Below are positions 1-13,229 of a stretch of DNA of 64,000 nucleotides, in pieces. The DNA is from Candidatus Marinacidobacterales bacterium (lineage in GTDB: Bacteria > Acidobacteriota > Vicinamibacteria > Marinacidobacterales > SMYC01), in assembly GCA_965237955.1 (NCBI GenBank), contig OZ250169.1:7840001-7904000 (forward strand), in the 5' to 3' direction. Position numbers and translations under genes: made by a program. The notes below the pieces were generated by a model, which ran no database searches, had not been told where the DNA came from, and saw only the letters and a list, made by a program, of their open reading frames with translations. Numbering within the stretch: position 1 is the first letter of the stretch; the number at the start of each line of letters is the position of its first letter.

Positions 1-1662
1 TCGACTCTCACTCGGGATAGCATCGCCCTTTCTGTCGTGAATCAGCTCCAAGAACCGATTCAATCGCCGCAACACGCGACGCACCTGAAGCACCTCGACG
101 GTGTCCTGCAAGTGTGGGTAGTACACCTGCAGCCATTCCGAGGGGAGGGGCGTCGTCTCGCGGCCGTCCAGGTTTCTCTGAATCAGTCCCCCGATGCGGT
201 CGACCCTACCCGTACGCTGCTCCATGGCGGATGGCGTCCACGTGATGCCGTAGTGCACGACACGGCGGCAGAACGTATGTAAGTCCTCCCCTTCCTGCAG
301 CACATCGGTCGTGACGAGTACGAGCGGGAACGCGGGCATCCGAAACTGCCGAACGAGACGCCTGTTCACACCACCCGACATGCGCCCAACCGGAACCTGA
401 CGCTGCAGTGTTGCTCCATACCTCTTGGCGAGCGCCTGCAAGGAGCCACTCGGGATGTCCGGAAAGTTCACCGCGAGCAACAGGTCGAAGGTCTCGGAGG
501 CCTGCGACAATTCGTAGAAGGCGTGGAAGCCGGGCGCGTGCATCTGCCCTTCCAAGAGATCGACATAGCTTGTTGCCAAGTCGGCACCCGCGGTGTCAGA
601 CGAGCTCTCCTGACGCAAGTCGAAGGAACCGAGTCTCGCTATGGCCAGCACGTAGAGGTCGATGTAGGACAGACCCAGTCGTGCAAGAGCGCTGATCAAT
701 TCGCGGCGCTGTTCGCGGTGGCGGAACCGCTGCGTGAAGTCCGTGTTCTCTTGGGTCGGCCAGATTCGACGCCGTAGCCCGCCACGCTTGACCAGCTCGG
801 TGAAGAACGTGGTGAGCCCGATGGCCTGGTCAGGATCAGGAAATCCTGGCGGGGCCGAATCGTCACCGGGTTCCAGTGGGGGAAAGCGCTCATCCAGAAT
901 CACTCGTGCCTGTTCGCCGATCTCGCCACTGGCCTCTTGCATGCGTTCCAAGGCGGCGGCCTGATACGCCTGAAAGACGAGAATCCTCGGATATCCGGCT
1001 TCTCGGCTGGTAAGTTGCCTGAAGATAGCGAAGGCTCTGTGGCGGAGTCCCCGCTCGAGCGCAGGCTGATTCAGCGCGAGGTGCGAGCCCAAGGCGCGCA
1101 GGACGTCATCAGGTCGATTAAGCAGCCATCCGACGTAGTCGTCCTCAAAAAGTGTGGAGAACACCGACGCCTGACCGGATAGTCGATTCTTCTGAAACGC
1201 AGCGCCTGAGAGCACGCCACCTGGACCATCGCCACGGAAAAACCACGCGAAGAAGGTCTCCGAGCCTCCGGCATCGCCATCCTCCTCCCCCGACCGAGCA
1301 TCTTGCAGGTCCTCCAGCTCAGGCTCCTTCTCGTCGACCGGAGATCGATGGAGGCGCTCTTCAGGACGAAGGGCGCGTTCACGCTCATACTGATCGAACA
1401 GCTCGTTGAGCTGTGGATGAAGCTGGGAAGGAAGCCCCCCAACGAGACGCTGGCGGATCCACCGATCGAAGTGACCATCCAACTTGGACGCTAGCTCATC
1501 CACGGTCCGGATACGCCGTACGAAGACCAGGGTCTTCTCGCCGCTTTCGAATGCTGATGCGAAGGCGTCGGCCGTGGCGTCCAGCTTGGGATGCGGCAAT
1601 GACCGACCGAACCGACGTCGGTAGGAACTCACGACATCCTCGACCGCCTCCGTGTCGATGCC
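1..1662 (-). pseudogene. SNF2/SF2-like helicase, C-terminal half (5'-truncated by a MITE; runs off the window edge)
   Basis: Not in the ORF track. Manual minus-strand translation gives HPKLD...GEKTLVFVRRI (motif IV) and LVTTDVLQEGEDLH...HYGITWTPSAMEQRTGRVDRIG (motifs V/VI). Confidence 0.85.
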
Positions 1663-1663
1663 T

Positions 1664-1778
1664 TGCCTTGGTGCATAACTCCGGACAACTCTAAAGGAAT
1701 CAGCAGGTTACGTTTTTGAGCCAAAAATAGCAGAGTCAATGGAATCAATGACTTACCTGTATTTATGCACCAAGGCAG
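1664..1778. mobile_element. MITE 'D', ~115 bp
   Basis: TIR TGCCTTGGTGCATAA/TTATGCACCAAGGCA; near-identical inverted copy at 41901-42016. Confidence 0.8.
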
Positions 1779-2131
1779 GTATTTCGCGCCGCAGGGCTGG
1801 CTTCCGACCCCTGGGCTGCGGGTGGCGGGCGACAGGCCCACCGGGGGTGCGCACGGCCGGCTCAAATCGGCTGCGGGGCGAGCTTGCAGGCAACGAACTA
1901 CGCACCCGGAAGGAATACGTATCCGACCGCGATGCCGGATTCAAGCAGCCCTTGGAAAGGTGCAAACTGCTGACCCGCTGGGCGTTCGAGTATTTTGACC
2001 AGACGAGATCTAAACCGCGCAATCGATGCTGGATCGACTTTTTGCGGAGCACAACTCCCACAGGAAACGGGGAGAAACAGATAGGCCGCGCCTACGGAGC
2101 ACCGCGCCAGCCCTCGACCCTACCGGGAACG

Positions 2132-2165
2132 AAAAAAGCCCGGGCCGCCTGAGCGACCCGGGCTC
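2132..2165 (-). terminator. Intrinsic terminator of groEL
   Basis: AGCCCGGG...CCCGGGCT hairpin followed by a U6 tract on the minus strand, just after the groEL stop. Confidence 0.8.
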
Positions 2166-2181
2166 TCGGAAAGTATGTAGC

Positions 2182-3840
<1,659 letters not shown>

Positions 3841-3856
3841 TTAAAATACCTCCAAG

Positions 3857-4147
3857 CTATTCCACGATGCCGAGTACGTCGTCCTCTTTAAGGATGAGGT
3901 ACTCAGTTCCGTCCAGTTTCACTTCCGAGCCCGAGTACTTGCCGATGAGCACTCTGTCGTCCACCTTCACCTCGAGCGCAACCTTCTTTCCGTCCTTCAA
4001 GGTCCGACCCGATCCGATAGCTATGACTTCGGCCGTCATCGGCTTTTCCTTCGCGGTGTCGGGGATGATGATGGACCCGACGTTCTTCTCGTCCCTCTCC
4101 TCGATCCGCTTTACGACAATGTTGTCCTTTATCGGTTTGATCTTCAT
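3857..4147 (-). CDS. groES: Co-chaperonin GroES
   Basis: 96 aa; IIIPDTAKEKP, YSGSEVK; directly upstream of groEL. Confidence 0.98.
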   Translation of the reverse strand: MKIKPIKDNIVVKRIEERDEKNVGSIIIPDTAKEKPMTAEVIAIGSGRTLKDGKKVALEVKVDDRVLIGKYSGSEVKLDGTEYLILKEDDVLGIVE

Positions 4148-4208
4148 CTCTCGATTACTCCTCCTTGTTTTTCAGGACCTGTCGGCGGGGTCGAGCTCCC
4201 GACGGCGG

Positions 4209-4657
4209 TCAACTACTGATGGGAATCTGACGGCTTTTCTCGCTCGCCTTCTTCGGTATGGTCACCGTCAGCAGAATGCCCTTCTTAAAATCGGCCTTTA
4301 CTCTGTCCGTTTCGATGCTCGTCGGGAGCTCGAACGTACGATGGAACGGGCCGTAGGAACGTTCCATCGTACGAACCGTTTCTCGTTGATGGCTTCGTTG
4401 ACCGGGCGCTTGCCTTACAGCGTCACTCGACCGTCGTCGATGTGAAGCTCGATGTCGTCTTGATCTACTTCGGCGAGCTCGGCCTTGAGAACGAGGCTCT
4501 TTTCGGCTTCGTAGAGATCCACGGCGGGGGACCATGCCCCTGTGGTCGAGAACCCCCCCTCGGAGCGCGTGCGCGACAGCGTCTGATCGATTAGCCGGTT
4601 CATCCGTTCTTGGAGAGCAAGAAGCTCACGCACGGGGTCCCAATGGGCGAGTGGCAT
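4209..4657 (-). pseudogene. Hsp20/alpha-crystallin, disrupted
   Basis: WSPAVDLYE and ERSYGPFHRTFELP lie in different frames; in-frame TAA at 4415-4417 plus a frameshift near 4370. Confidence 0.88.
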
Positions 4658-4681
4658 GTGTAATTCATCAACCTCGACATA

Positions 4682-4708
4682 TTAGCACTCTACACACCCG
4701 AGCGCTAA
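4682..4708. promoter_or_regulatory. CIRCE (HrcA operator)
   Basis: TTAGCACTC-N9-GAGCGCTAA, one mismatch to consensus, upstream of hsp20-groES-groEL. Confidence 0.92.
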
Positions 4709-5085
4709 TCGTACGAGATAGTAGTTATTTGGTACTTTCGAGTGAACGAACGATTTCGGTCACTCCCCGATGACCTCCGCCCACGCGGGCGGTGCCATTG
4801 CTGTCAAGTTTTCCACGGCCTGACGGCCACCGCGTCCTGTGCCAAAGCTCGGCCCAGCCGGTATCGACGAAAGAACTGCGCCTCTCAAAATCAGGCGAAA
4901 CTCTAGCACACGAACAGGTTACGCGGCGGCTACCAACACTTGACTGCGGAAGCACCTTCGAGCGGCCTTCACGAGCTTCTCCAGGATGCCATCGCTGTCC
5001 TCGTATTGGAGGGTCAGGCGATGCCGCTCTACGTCTTCACCCGTCTTGGGATCCGAATAGGCGTCGGAGAGTTGCGCCTCAAGGA

Positions 5086-6170
5086 GGCGTTGTTGCACCG
5101 CTCTGGCTGAGAGCGAAATCCGCCTATGGTGGTGGCCGAGGTATGTTCGAGCATGAAGTATCCCAAGGGCTGCCAGTACAAGCACGCGAAGCAGAAGAAG
5201 TACCACGTTCGCAACTGGCCGGAATACAACGAAGGGCTGCGCCGCCGGGGCGATTTGACGGTCTGGTTTGACGAGGAGGCAATCGCGAACTGGAAGGCCG
5301 ACAAGACCGGTAAGCCTGGCGGTCAACGGGTCTATTCAGACATGGCGATTGAAACGGGCCTGGTTGTCCGGATGGTGTACAAGCTCGCCTACCGACAAAC
5401 CGAAGGCTTCTTGCACTCGATCGCCTCGCTGCTCGGGCTCGGTATCGAGATCCCGGACTACTCGACGTTGTGTCGGCGCTCGAGGTTGCTCCGCAAGAAG
5501 CTGCGGATTCCGAAAGCCGCGAGCACTCAACCCATCCACCTGATGATCGATAGCACGGGCTTGAGGATTCATGTTGGAACCGCCCGCAAACCGCCAAAGC
5601 TGCGTGCATGGCGCAAGTTGCACATCGCCGTTGATCGCGAGACAGGGAACATTGTTGCGTCCGAACTGACGGCGTCACGCGCTCGCGACGCAACCCGAGT
5701 CCCCGCTTTGCTAACACAGATTCAAGCACCTCTAGTGTCGGTGGCGGCGGACAGTGCATACGACAAGGAAGCGGTCTACGAAGCCATCGAAGCGCACAGT
5801 CCTGGACGAAGGACGCGCGTGGTGATTCCGCCGCAACGAAACGCGACGCTCAGTCAGAATTCGAACACCGCCATGCAGGAGCGCGATCGCCATATTCGTG
5901 CAATCGAAAGACACGGCCGACGTGAATGGTACAAGCTCTCAGGCTACACCAAGCGAAGCATGGCGGAGAACGCGGTCTATCGTTACAAGGCGATCATCGG
6001 GCCGGAGATGCGGGCTCGAACGTTGGCGAGGCAACGAGTTGAACACCGAATTGGGTGCGAGATACTCAACAAGATGGCTGCGCTCGGGATGCCCGATACG
6101 TACTGCGCCGGGTGACTCTGCAGCCGGCACAGGGAGGTCAGCGATTTGCTCCGGGCCGTGCAACAACGCC
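5086..6170 (+). mobile_element. IS5 family, IS903 group, copy 1 (transposase 5126-6115)
   Basis: TIR GGCGTTGTTGCAC; 329-aa DDE protein with NW..YN..L..RG, IDSTG, WRKLH, SGY..RS..E motifs. Confidence 0.93.
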
Positions 6171-6369
6171 CAGGCATAGTGCTGGCAGACCGGAGACTAA
6201 TCAAGTTCGGGGCGCGCGGATAAATAAACAGAAGGTGCAGCGCTGATGGCTTTCCACGCAGCCGCGTCTACCAGCGTACTGCGCATAACAGGATGACCCT
6301 AGCATCATCACAAGGGCTCGACGGATCGGCCACAACGCTCGCCGCCCTGAAGATCCAAGTCGAAGAACT

Positions 6370-7860
6370 CTAATCCACTCCGCGGGCCGCGATAGTGAGG
6401 ATCTGCTGGATGAACCGCGGGTTGACTCCGACATTCTCGCAGAGCCAAACGAGGCAATCCATTTCCTGCTGGTCGATCGAGCCGTCCGCATAGGAAATCA
6501 CAACAATGTCCCGAATCAGCTGAAGCCTCTGGAGACCGGTCATCATGTAGGCAATGTCCTTGGAAAGCTCAACTACCTGTTCGCGAACCACATCGACGGG
6601 CTGGTTGAAGACTTCACGAATCTCGTCCAGTGAGACGGCAAGCCCCACCAAACTCTCGAGTGCCTCGACCTCGGAACGCTCGAAGACTCCGTTGGCGGCC
6701 GCCACGAGAAACTTTGCCTTCAGCAGATACGAGCGCCCCTTGTCGCCGACGTCGCCGGTGTCGGTCAGGTATGTCGGCTCCATGATGCTCATGAGCTCGG
6801 TTACCTGATCGGCGACTTCGTCGGCGGTGAGGGTTCCTCCGTTGGAGCCGATCAGCTCGCGGTAGGGCTGGCCCTTGGTGAAGACTTCAAGCGCTTTCAG
6901 CCGCATGGGATTGAAGGGATGCGGGCTGAACCAGTCCTGTGGATCGGACTCCTGCGAGGCTACCTCGCTTCGAAGATCATCGAGCTGCGCCAGGTACTCC
7001 TTCACGCTGAACTGGAAAACGGACGACGTGATGCCCGAAGACAGCTTGAAGAACGTATTGGCCGCGACGTCGAAGCTGCGGCAGCAAACCATGCCTACTC
7101 GATCTGCGGTAATTTCCGAGTTCCGCATCCACGCGTACAATTTCATCGCATGGAGAGGGGCCAACCGGCCGCCGTTGTTCTTAAGAATGTAGTCGACGGG
7201 GAAACGAGTGTGCTCAAAAAGATAGTGGCCGAGCTCGTGCCCTATGACGAAAGTCAGCTCCTCTCCCGAGAACTTCTCGAGAAGCGAGCTCGTCAGCATC
7301 AGAAGCACCTTATCCTTGGTAGGCGGGTAGCAGGCCGCATTGAAGTGGCTGTCCTGATTGACGTAGACCTCGATATCGGAGGTCAGCTCAAGCGTACGGG
7401 CGCAGTGATCGACCACTTGATAGACCGTTGGCATCATGCCGCGAGAAATCTTGAGCGCCTTGGTGAGAAGCTCTTTGCGCGCGTTGTGAGGTTTCAGCTC
7501 GGCCAATAGACAATTGACCGTCGAGGAAAACTCCGCATCTGCAAGAAGCTCGGCGAGCGCGCGTCGGTCGCCGCGGAAAACGAGCCGATGCATGTCGATA
7601 CCGGCAAGCGTCTGGTCGTAGAGCGTCTCGTCGCGAGTCTGCTCGTCCTCCGACATGCGCTCGAGATGCGTTCGATAGCTCGTCTGAATCGATTCGACGA
7701 TCTGGCTCAGACGGGCTCTCAAACGGCCCATCTCGTCTTGGCCACGCGCAGTGGAAGCACGCTGCTCGAACTGGCGGGTCACGCGGGCGATCTTGTCTCG
7801 GAGCTCTTCGCCGAGAGCGACGAGATTGGTCGCTCGCCATTCGATAGCGGTATCAGTCAT
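6370..7860 (-). CDS. M48-family Zn peptidase with C-terminal TerB-like domain
   Basis: FNAAC, IGHELGH, EITADR; AAANG..E and ADGSID..E repeats. Confidence 0.8.
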   Translation of the reverse strand: MTDTAIEWRATNLVALGEELRDKIARVTRQFEQRASTARGQDEMGRLRARLSQIVESIQTSYRTHLERMSEDEQTRDETLYDQTLAGIDMHRLVFRGDRRALAELLADAEFSSTVNCLLAELKPHNARKELLTKALKISRGMMPTVYQVVDHCARTLELTSDIEVYVNQDSHFNAACYPPTKDKVLLMLTSSLLEKFSGEELTFVIGHELGHYLFEHTRFPVDYILKNNGGRLAPLHAMKLYAWMRNSEITADRVGMVCCRSFDVAANTFFKLSSGITSSVFQFSVKEYLAQLDDLRSEVASQESDPQDWFSPHPFNPMRLKALEVFTKGQPYRELIGSNGGTLTADEVADQVTELMSIMEPTYLTDTGDVGDKGRSYLLKAKFLVAAANGVFERSEVEALESLVGLAVSLDEIREVFNQPVDVVREQVVELSKDIAYMMTGLQRLQLIRDIVVISYADGSIDQQEMDCLVWLCENVGVNPRFIQQILTIAARGVD

Positions 7861-8101
7861 GGCTACAGCCGCGGCCTGTATCTAGAGATCTCCCCACGCA
7901 GAAGCAAAGCTTGGAATAGCGCTTCTTAATTTGGGCCGAAGACCTTCCGCTACGACCGTTTGGGGGTGGCGGTCGCAAAGTCCTCGATCCTTTTCCATGT
8001 TTGAAACCCCGCAAGCGCGGAGAATCGCCGTCTCCCCTTGTAACCTGTAGCAGGCAACTGGTCCATACCCGCAGCCTGCGCGTGGGACGGTCAACCAAGG
8101 T

Positions 8102-9124
8102 TCAGCCGATATCCTTCAGCTTGGGCTGGGCGGCCCGGCGTATCTCTGTAGCAGCGACGGCCGCGCGCTCAGCCATGAATTGGCCAATCTGAACTACACT
8201 CACGTTCTCCGTCGCCTTGTTGATGAGAATACCCGCGGATAGTCCAACCAACAAAGCCACGCCCGCCGGGCCACCGACAACCCCGACCTGCGAGACCGCC
8301 ACGAGCGTGCCACCCGCGCCGATGCCACCTTTGAGACTACCGTCAACGAAGTCGGTATAGTCACCCGTCTGATGTGCCTTGTGAAACGCTTTGGCCAGAG
8401 CGACGACCGTGACGATCAGCAGTAATGGATTCGCGCTCATGACCGCGGACACGCCCATCCCGCCGACGAGCTTGGAGAAGCTCTCGGTGTCGGCGCGATT
8501 CCAACGCAGTGCCGTAGCGACAACACCAATGACTCCGCCGAGCAACTCGGAGGCATCGTAGCTGTTGAGATCGTAGAACCAGTCTCTCGGGATGCGGAAT
8601 TGCGCTTCCAGAAATCCGGCGACTTGGTCATATGTTGCTTTGTCCCAGTTCGCCAGCGGCAAACCCTTGACGGTCGTCATGTCCCGGAAGATTCCCTGGA
8701 GGAATCCCATCGCCTCCTCAAGGATGGTGTCCTCGGGCGATGCATCCCGAACCGCTTTGATAGCCCCCGCAATGGTGTGTCCTTCGTCGAATAATCTGTG
8801 GTTGCCGCGGCCAATGTGGGTCGCGCTGTACACGGCATCCATCGCCTTGTCGTAGATGGTCGCCGATCCACTTACCATGTCTTGCAACAGCCCATTCAGG
8901 TCGCTGGAGAGAGCACTGGCCAACAGCGCCTGCGATGTCGTCAGCAACCCGTCGGCGAGGGAGATTGCCGAATCCCGAGCCTTGCTGGATCCGGCCGTTA
9001 CCCCGCCCAAAACCGCATGGGCCGCTTCCGAGGTTCTCTTCAGGGCGGCCTGAATGGACTCCCACACCGACGATGTCGCGTCCTTGATCTTCAGCGGACT
9101 TACCGTGTTCTTGAGCTTCCTCAT
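8102..9124 (-). CDS. Hypothetical membrane protein
   Basis: 340-aa ORF with RBS and Gly-rich hydrophobic C-terminal helices. Confidence 0.65.
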   Translation of the reverse strand: MRKLKNTVSPLKIKDATSSVWESIQAALKRTSEAAHAVLGGVTAGSSKARDSAISLADGLLTTSQALLASALSSDLNGLLQDMVSGSATIYDKAMDAVYSATHIGRGNHRLFDEGHTIAGAIKAVRDASPEDTILEEAMGFLQGIFRDMTTVKGLPLANWDKATYDQVAGFLEAQFRIPRDWFYDLNSYDASELLGGVIGVVATALRWNRADTESFSKLVGGMGVSAVMSANPLLLIVTVVALAKAFHKAHQTGDYTDFVDGSLKGGIGAGGTLVAVSQVGVVGGPAGVALLVGLSAGILINKATENVSVVQIGQFMAERAAVAATEIRRAAQPKLKDIG

Positions 9125-9395
9125 ACGACGCCCCTTTCAATGCGGTTCGAACACGCTCAGACCGGTACAATGGATGCTGGGCCGGATGGATGAGCCGATG
9201 TAGAGAAGAATTCGGCGTCGGGCATGTTTCCACCCAGCGCGGCGATGCGCGCCGCGCACGCGAGCCCCGTCCTGTGCCAAAACTCAACAGAATAGAACCG
9301 CCGCCGTCGATTTCTTTTGACGCCGACTCATTTAGTTCATCATCATCAATTGCTCCTCCTGCGTCAGTCCTTTCATCAAAAGCAAGTCATCCATT

Positions 9396-9848
9396 TCAGT
9401 CCTCGCATCCCCAGTCGGCGGTGATCGGCATGATCGCGCCAGGATAACTTTGGAGCGTCGCCCTATAGGTGTATCTGCTTCCCTGCTTCCACTTCATTAG
9501 ATTTTCCTTCTCTGATTTTGGAGCGGAAACCAGAACATCGTAGGTGAACGTCTCATTACGGTGCTTGAATCCGACACTGATTCCGCCGAAGAATCCTTGA
9601 TCCAGATGCTCCAGTCGCCCGTTCCATTGCACGCATTTCCCTTTGTACTCTTTCCAGAGTTCATCTTTCTGTAGGTCCGTAAGAGAACTTTCGACGCTGA
9701 ATTTGTTGTGAACCTCGTTGAAGGTGATCTTGGAAACTTCCTGCGCACTGGCGGCAAAAGCCGAAAGCAGAATGGTAATGACGAACGAACGCCTAAGCAT
9801 GTTTCTAATCTCCCGTTTTACCCGGAACCGGAAATGGAGCCGGGCCAT
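9396..9848 (-). CDS. Hypothetical exported protein (possible OB fold); start may be MLRRSF
   Basis: Signal-peptide-like ITILLSAFAASAQ; lower GC than flanks. Confidence 0.6.
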   Translation of the reverse strand: MARLHFRFRVKREIRNMLRRSFVITILLSAFAASAQEVSKITFNEVHNKFSVESSLTDLQKDELWKEYKGKCVQWNGRLEHLDQGFFGGISVGFKHRNETFTYDVLVSAPKSEKENLMKWKQGSRYTYRATLQSYPGAIMPITADWGCED

Positions 9849-10222
9849 GCAAACATTCTCTGTGTAGAGGAAGCTCTCACCTATTCGCCTGGGCTTCGGG
9901 AGCTACCCGAGGCCTGATGCAAGGCTGTTATATTCAGTGAGCAACCCGACTCGATGCGGGGCTACACAGAAAACGTTTGCGGGAGGATTGTCTTAGGCCG
10001 GCTCTAGAAAGTCAACTGGCTTATTCGTGCGTGGTTGGTCTTTGACGACCTCGTCCTGTGCCAAAACTAGGCCCTCTTGAAATAGACCACAAATCAGCAG
10101 CTTAGACGCCCTTGGAATCCGCCGACCCTTGGGCTGCGTGGCGAGCTACAGGCAGTGAACTTCGCACCCGGAAGTCCTTTATTGGACTGGACTTTATCGA
10201 GCACAAGAGCGAACGTTCGGTG

Positions 10223-10660
10223 ATGCCGCAGGATACAGGGGTTGGCCGGAACGTCGTTTTGGACGGTTTGGACTTCGCCAGCTTGCGGCGGGTCTGGGAG
10301 CAGGCCTTCGGGGCTGCTCCCCCACGCTCGCTCTCTCGCGTTTTCATGTGCCGCGTTCTTGCGTACGAACGCCAGTGCCGGACCCATGGCGGGCATTCGG
10401 CCGCAACCCGGCGCGCTCTGGCTGCCATGGCGAACGGGACGCCAGGCAACGGCGCCGGCGCTCCCGCAGGGTCCGTTTCTGCCGGCACCCATCTCGTCCG
10501 CGAGTGGAATGGCCGGACCTACCAGGTCGAGGTACTCGACAGCGGCTATCGGTTCGATGGCAAAACCTATCCGTCCCTCACTACCATCGCAAAGCGAATC
10601 ACCGGAACCCACTGGTCAGGACCACGCTTTTTCGGTCTGACGCCCAAGCGCAAGGCCTAA
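10223..10660 (+). CDS. DUF2924-family protein
   Basis: GTHLVREWNG...Y.SL..IA..ITGTHWSGPRFFGL; precedes a serine recombinase. Confidence 0.88.
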   Translation: MPQDTGVGRNVVLDGLDFASLRRVWEQAFGAAPPRSLSRVFMCRVLAYERQCRTHGGHSAATRRALAAMANGTPGNGAGAPAGSVSAGTHLVREWNGRTYQVEVLDSGYRFDGKTYPSLTTIAKRITGTHWSGPRFFGLTPKRKA

Positions 10661-10661
10661 C

Positions 10662-11380
10662 ATGAAGAAAATCCGTTGCGCCATCTATACGCGAAAGAGT
10701 GCGGAAGAGGGTCTCGAACAGGAGTTCAACTCCCTCGATGCGCAGCGAGAAGCCTGCGCCGCGTATGTCGCGAGCCAGAAAGCGGAGGGCTGGGTGCTGC
10801 TGCCAACCGTCTACGAGGACGCGGGGCTCTCGGGAGGAACCCTGGAGCGCCCGGGCCTACAGCGCTTGCTCGACGACATCGATGCCGGTCTCGTCGACCA
10901 GATTGTGGTCTACAAGGTCGACCGGCTGACCCGTTCCCTCTCCGACTTTGCAAAGCTCGTCGAGCGGCTCGAGGCGGCCGGCGCGGTTTTCGTCTCGGTG
11001 ACTCAGTCCTTCAACACCGCGACCAGCATGGGACGACTGACGCTGCATATGCTGCTGTCCTTCGCACAATTCGAACGCGAGGTCACGGCCGAGCGGATCC
11101 GCGATAAGGTCGCTGCCTCCAAGCGCAAGGGACTATGGATGGGCGGCCGCGTACCGCTCGGCTATGAGAAGGACATTCGCGAGGATGCACTCCGCATCCT
11201 CGCACCGTTCCGCTTGCGTCGACGCGGCGTCGAGACCAAGCTCGTTCTGGGCAACCCCACGAAATCCGTCGACCGCACACTCCTGCGCAATATCAGAAAC
11301 GCCCTCTCCTGGCTCGACCGAATCAAAGCAGGCAAAACCTATGAGCAGATTGCCAACGAAGACGCCATCCCAACGGACCG
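10662..11380 (+). pseudogene. Large serine recombinase, internally deleted and 3'-truncated
   Basis: CAIYTRKS, YKVDRLTRS; diverges from the 56506 copy after GYEKD and jumps to a C-terminal-type segment; cut by repeat end at 11381. Confidence 0.88.
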
Positions 11381-11543
11381 CGTCCTGTGCCAAAACTCGG
11401 CCCATTTGAAATAGACCATAAATCAGTAGCTTAGTGTCTGTGTTTCCGACTGGGCAGCGAGTTGCGATCTTCTTTATTGCGGACGACAGCCGGTCTGATC
11501 TCCACCTTCGGCCAGCCCGGCGCGGATCGCCTATAATCCGGCC

Positions 11544-12035
11544 ATGCGCTCATTGCTGAAGATTGCCCTTGGCATTGCCGCACTAGTCGTGGCGTTCGGG
11601 GCCGGGTGGCTCGTCGCGATCACCGGCACCGGTCAAGCCATCCCCCTGGAGTCACTCTCGGAACTCGAGCGGGGGTTCGCCGAGCGGATGCAGAACGTGG
11701 TGCTTACCGGCCACTACACGCTCAAAGGCCGTGAGCGTCGCGACGACAAGCCGGAACGCTACGAGATCACCAGAGTGGCAAAGGTCGGCGAGCACCGGTG
11801 GCGGTTCGACGTTCACATGACCTACGGGAGTGTCGACATGACGCTGCCGGTCGTCGTGCCCATCCGGTGGGCGGGTGATACCCCCATAGTCACCATTACG
11901 GACATGGTCATCCCAGGGCTCGACGGTACCTTCACGGCGCGGGTCATGTTTTACGCGGAACGGTACGCTGGCAGCTGGCAGCACGGCGAGTGCGGTGGGC
12001 TCATGTACGGCACGATCGCGCCGCTGAGCGACTAG
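11544..12035 (+). CDS. Hypothetical protein with N-terminal TM/signal segment
   Basis: 163-aa ORF; TATAAT just upstream. Confidence 0.7.
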   Translation: MRSLLKIALGIAALVVAFGAGWLVAITGTGQAIPLESLSELERGFAERMQNVVLTGHYTLKGRERRDDKPERYEITRVAKVGEHRWRFDVHMTYGSVDMTLPVVVPIRWAGDTPIVTITDMVIPGLDGTFTARVMFYAERYAGSWQHGECGGLMYGTIAPLSD

Positions 12036-12050
12036 TCGGAGACGCCACAC

Positions 12051-13229
12051 GTGGGGAAACCAGTTACGGGGATAAATCCCGCCGTCCTGAAATGGGCGAG
12101 AGAACGTGCGGGATACACGATCCAAGAGATCGCCGCCAGATTCGGCTACGACTCCGGTATTGTGGTGGCTTGGGAAGCCGGTGACGGTGCGCCCACGTAT
12201 GCTCAACTGGAAAAGTTAGCCTACCAACTCTACAAACGGCCGCTCGCCGTCTTTTTTTTCCCCCAGCCACCAAGCGAACCCGACCTGACCTCCGAATTTC
12301 GTACGCTACCGGAATCCGAGATCGAGGAATTGGAGCCCGACGTCTTCTATGCGCTTCGCGAAGCAGCCGCGATGCAGCTGTCGCTCATCGAACTGAACGA
12401 AGGGATAAATCCAGCTGAGGAGAAGATTTTCGCAGACGTAAAGGCGCATGCTACGGCAGCGCGCCCTACGGCTAACGCCATTCGCGCATACCTGGGAGTT
12501 GAGATTTCCGACCAAACGAATTGGAAATCTGACGAGGACGCCTTAAAGGAGTGGCGCTCGCTCGTCCAGGAACACGGGGTTTTCGTGTTCAAACGTTCCT
12601 TCACGACCGACGACATCTCTGGCTTCTCGCTCATGCACGACGAGTTCCCGCTTATCTATCTTAACAACGGTTCGTCAACGCGGCGCCAGATCTTCACGCT
12701 GTTTCATGAACTGGGACATGTTCTTCTCCAATTTAGCGGGGTCACGAGAATGGACGATCGGTACATAGAAATTCTTAGGGGCCTACCGCGCCGTGTGGAA
12801 GTGTTCTGCAATCAATTCGCTAGCGAGTTCTTGGTTCCGTCACAAGGCCTCCAGCAATGGCTTCGGCCGGAACGCGTAGACGATGAGGACATTGCGTCGC
12901 TTGCCGATCGCTATTGGGTAAGTCGGGAGGTCGTACTCCGCAAATTTCTTGACAGAGGCCTCGTATCAGCTGATTTTTATCGCCAGAAAGCGGACGAGTG
13001 GAACGAGGAGTACAGAGCCCAGAAGAAGGCACGTAAGGCACAAAGAAAGGGCAGCGGGAACTACTACGCGACTCAGGCAACCTACCTTGGTGACCGATAC
13101 TTGAATCTCGTGTTTCGCAAGTACCACCAAGGCCGGTTTAATCGAGACCAACTCGCCGACTACTTGAACGTTAAGGTGCCGAGCGTGAGTGGCCTAGAGC
13201 ATTTCATGCTCGGCAAGGCGACCAAGTAA
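12051..13229 (+). CDS. XRE HTH + ImmA/IrrE metallopeptidase (antitoxin-like)
   Basis: INPAVLKWARE HTH; FTLFHELGH; EVFCNQFA. Confidence 0.9.
   Translation: MGKPVTGINPAVLKWARERAGYTIQEIAARFGYDSGIVVAWEAGDGAPTYAQLEKLAYQLYKRPLAVFFFPQPPSEPDLTSEFRTLPESEIEELEPDVFYALREAAAMQLSLIELNEGINPAEEKIFADVKAHATAARPTANAIRAYLGVEISDQTNWKSDEDALKEWRSLVQEHGVFVFKRSFTTDDISGFSLMHDEFPLIYLNNGSSTRRQIFTLFHELGHVLLQFSGVTRMDDRYIEILRGLPRRVEVFCNQFASEFLVPSQGLQQWLRPERVDDEDIASLADRYWVSREVVLRKFLDRGLVSADFYRQKADEWNEEYRAQKKARKAQRKGSGNYYATQATYLGDRYLNLVFRKYHQGRFNRDQLADYLNVKVPSVSGLEHFMLGKATK

Noticed and set aside
1669-1700. dif/XerCD site (GGTGCATAA)
   Set aside because: No XerD arm at 6-bp spacing; the sequence is a MITE TIR.
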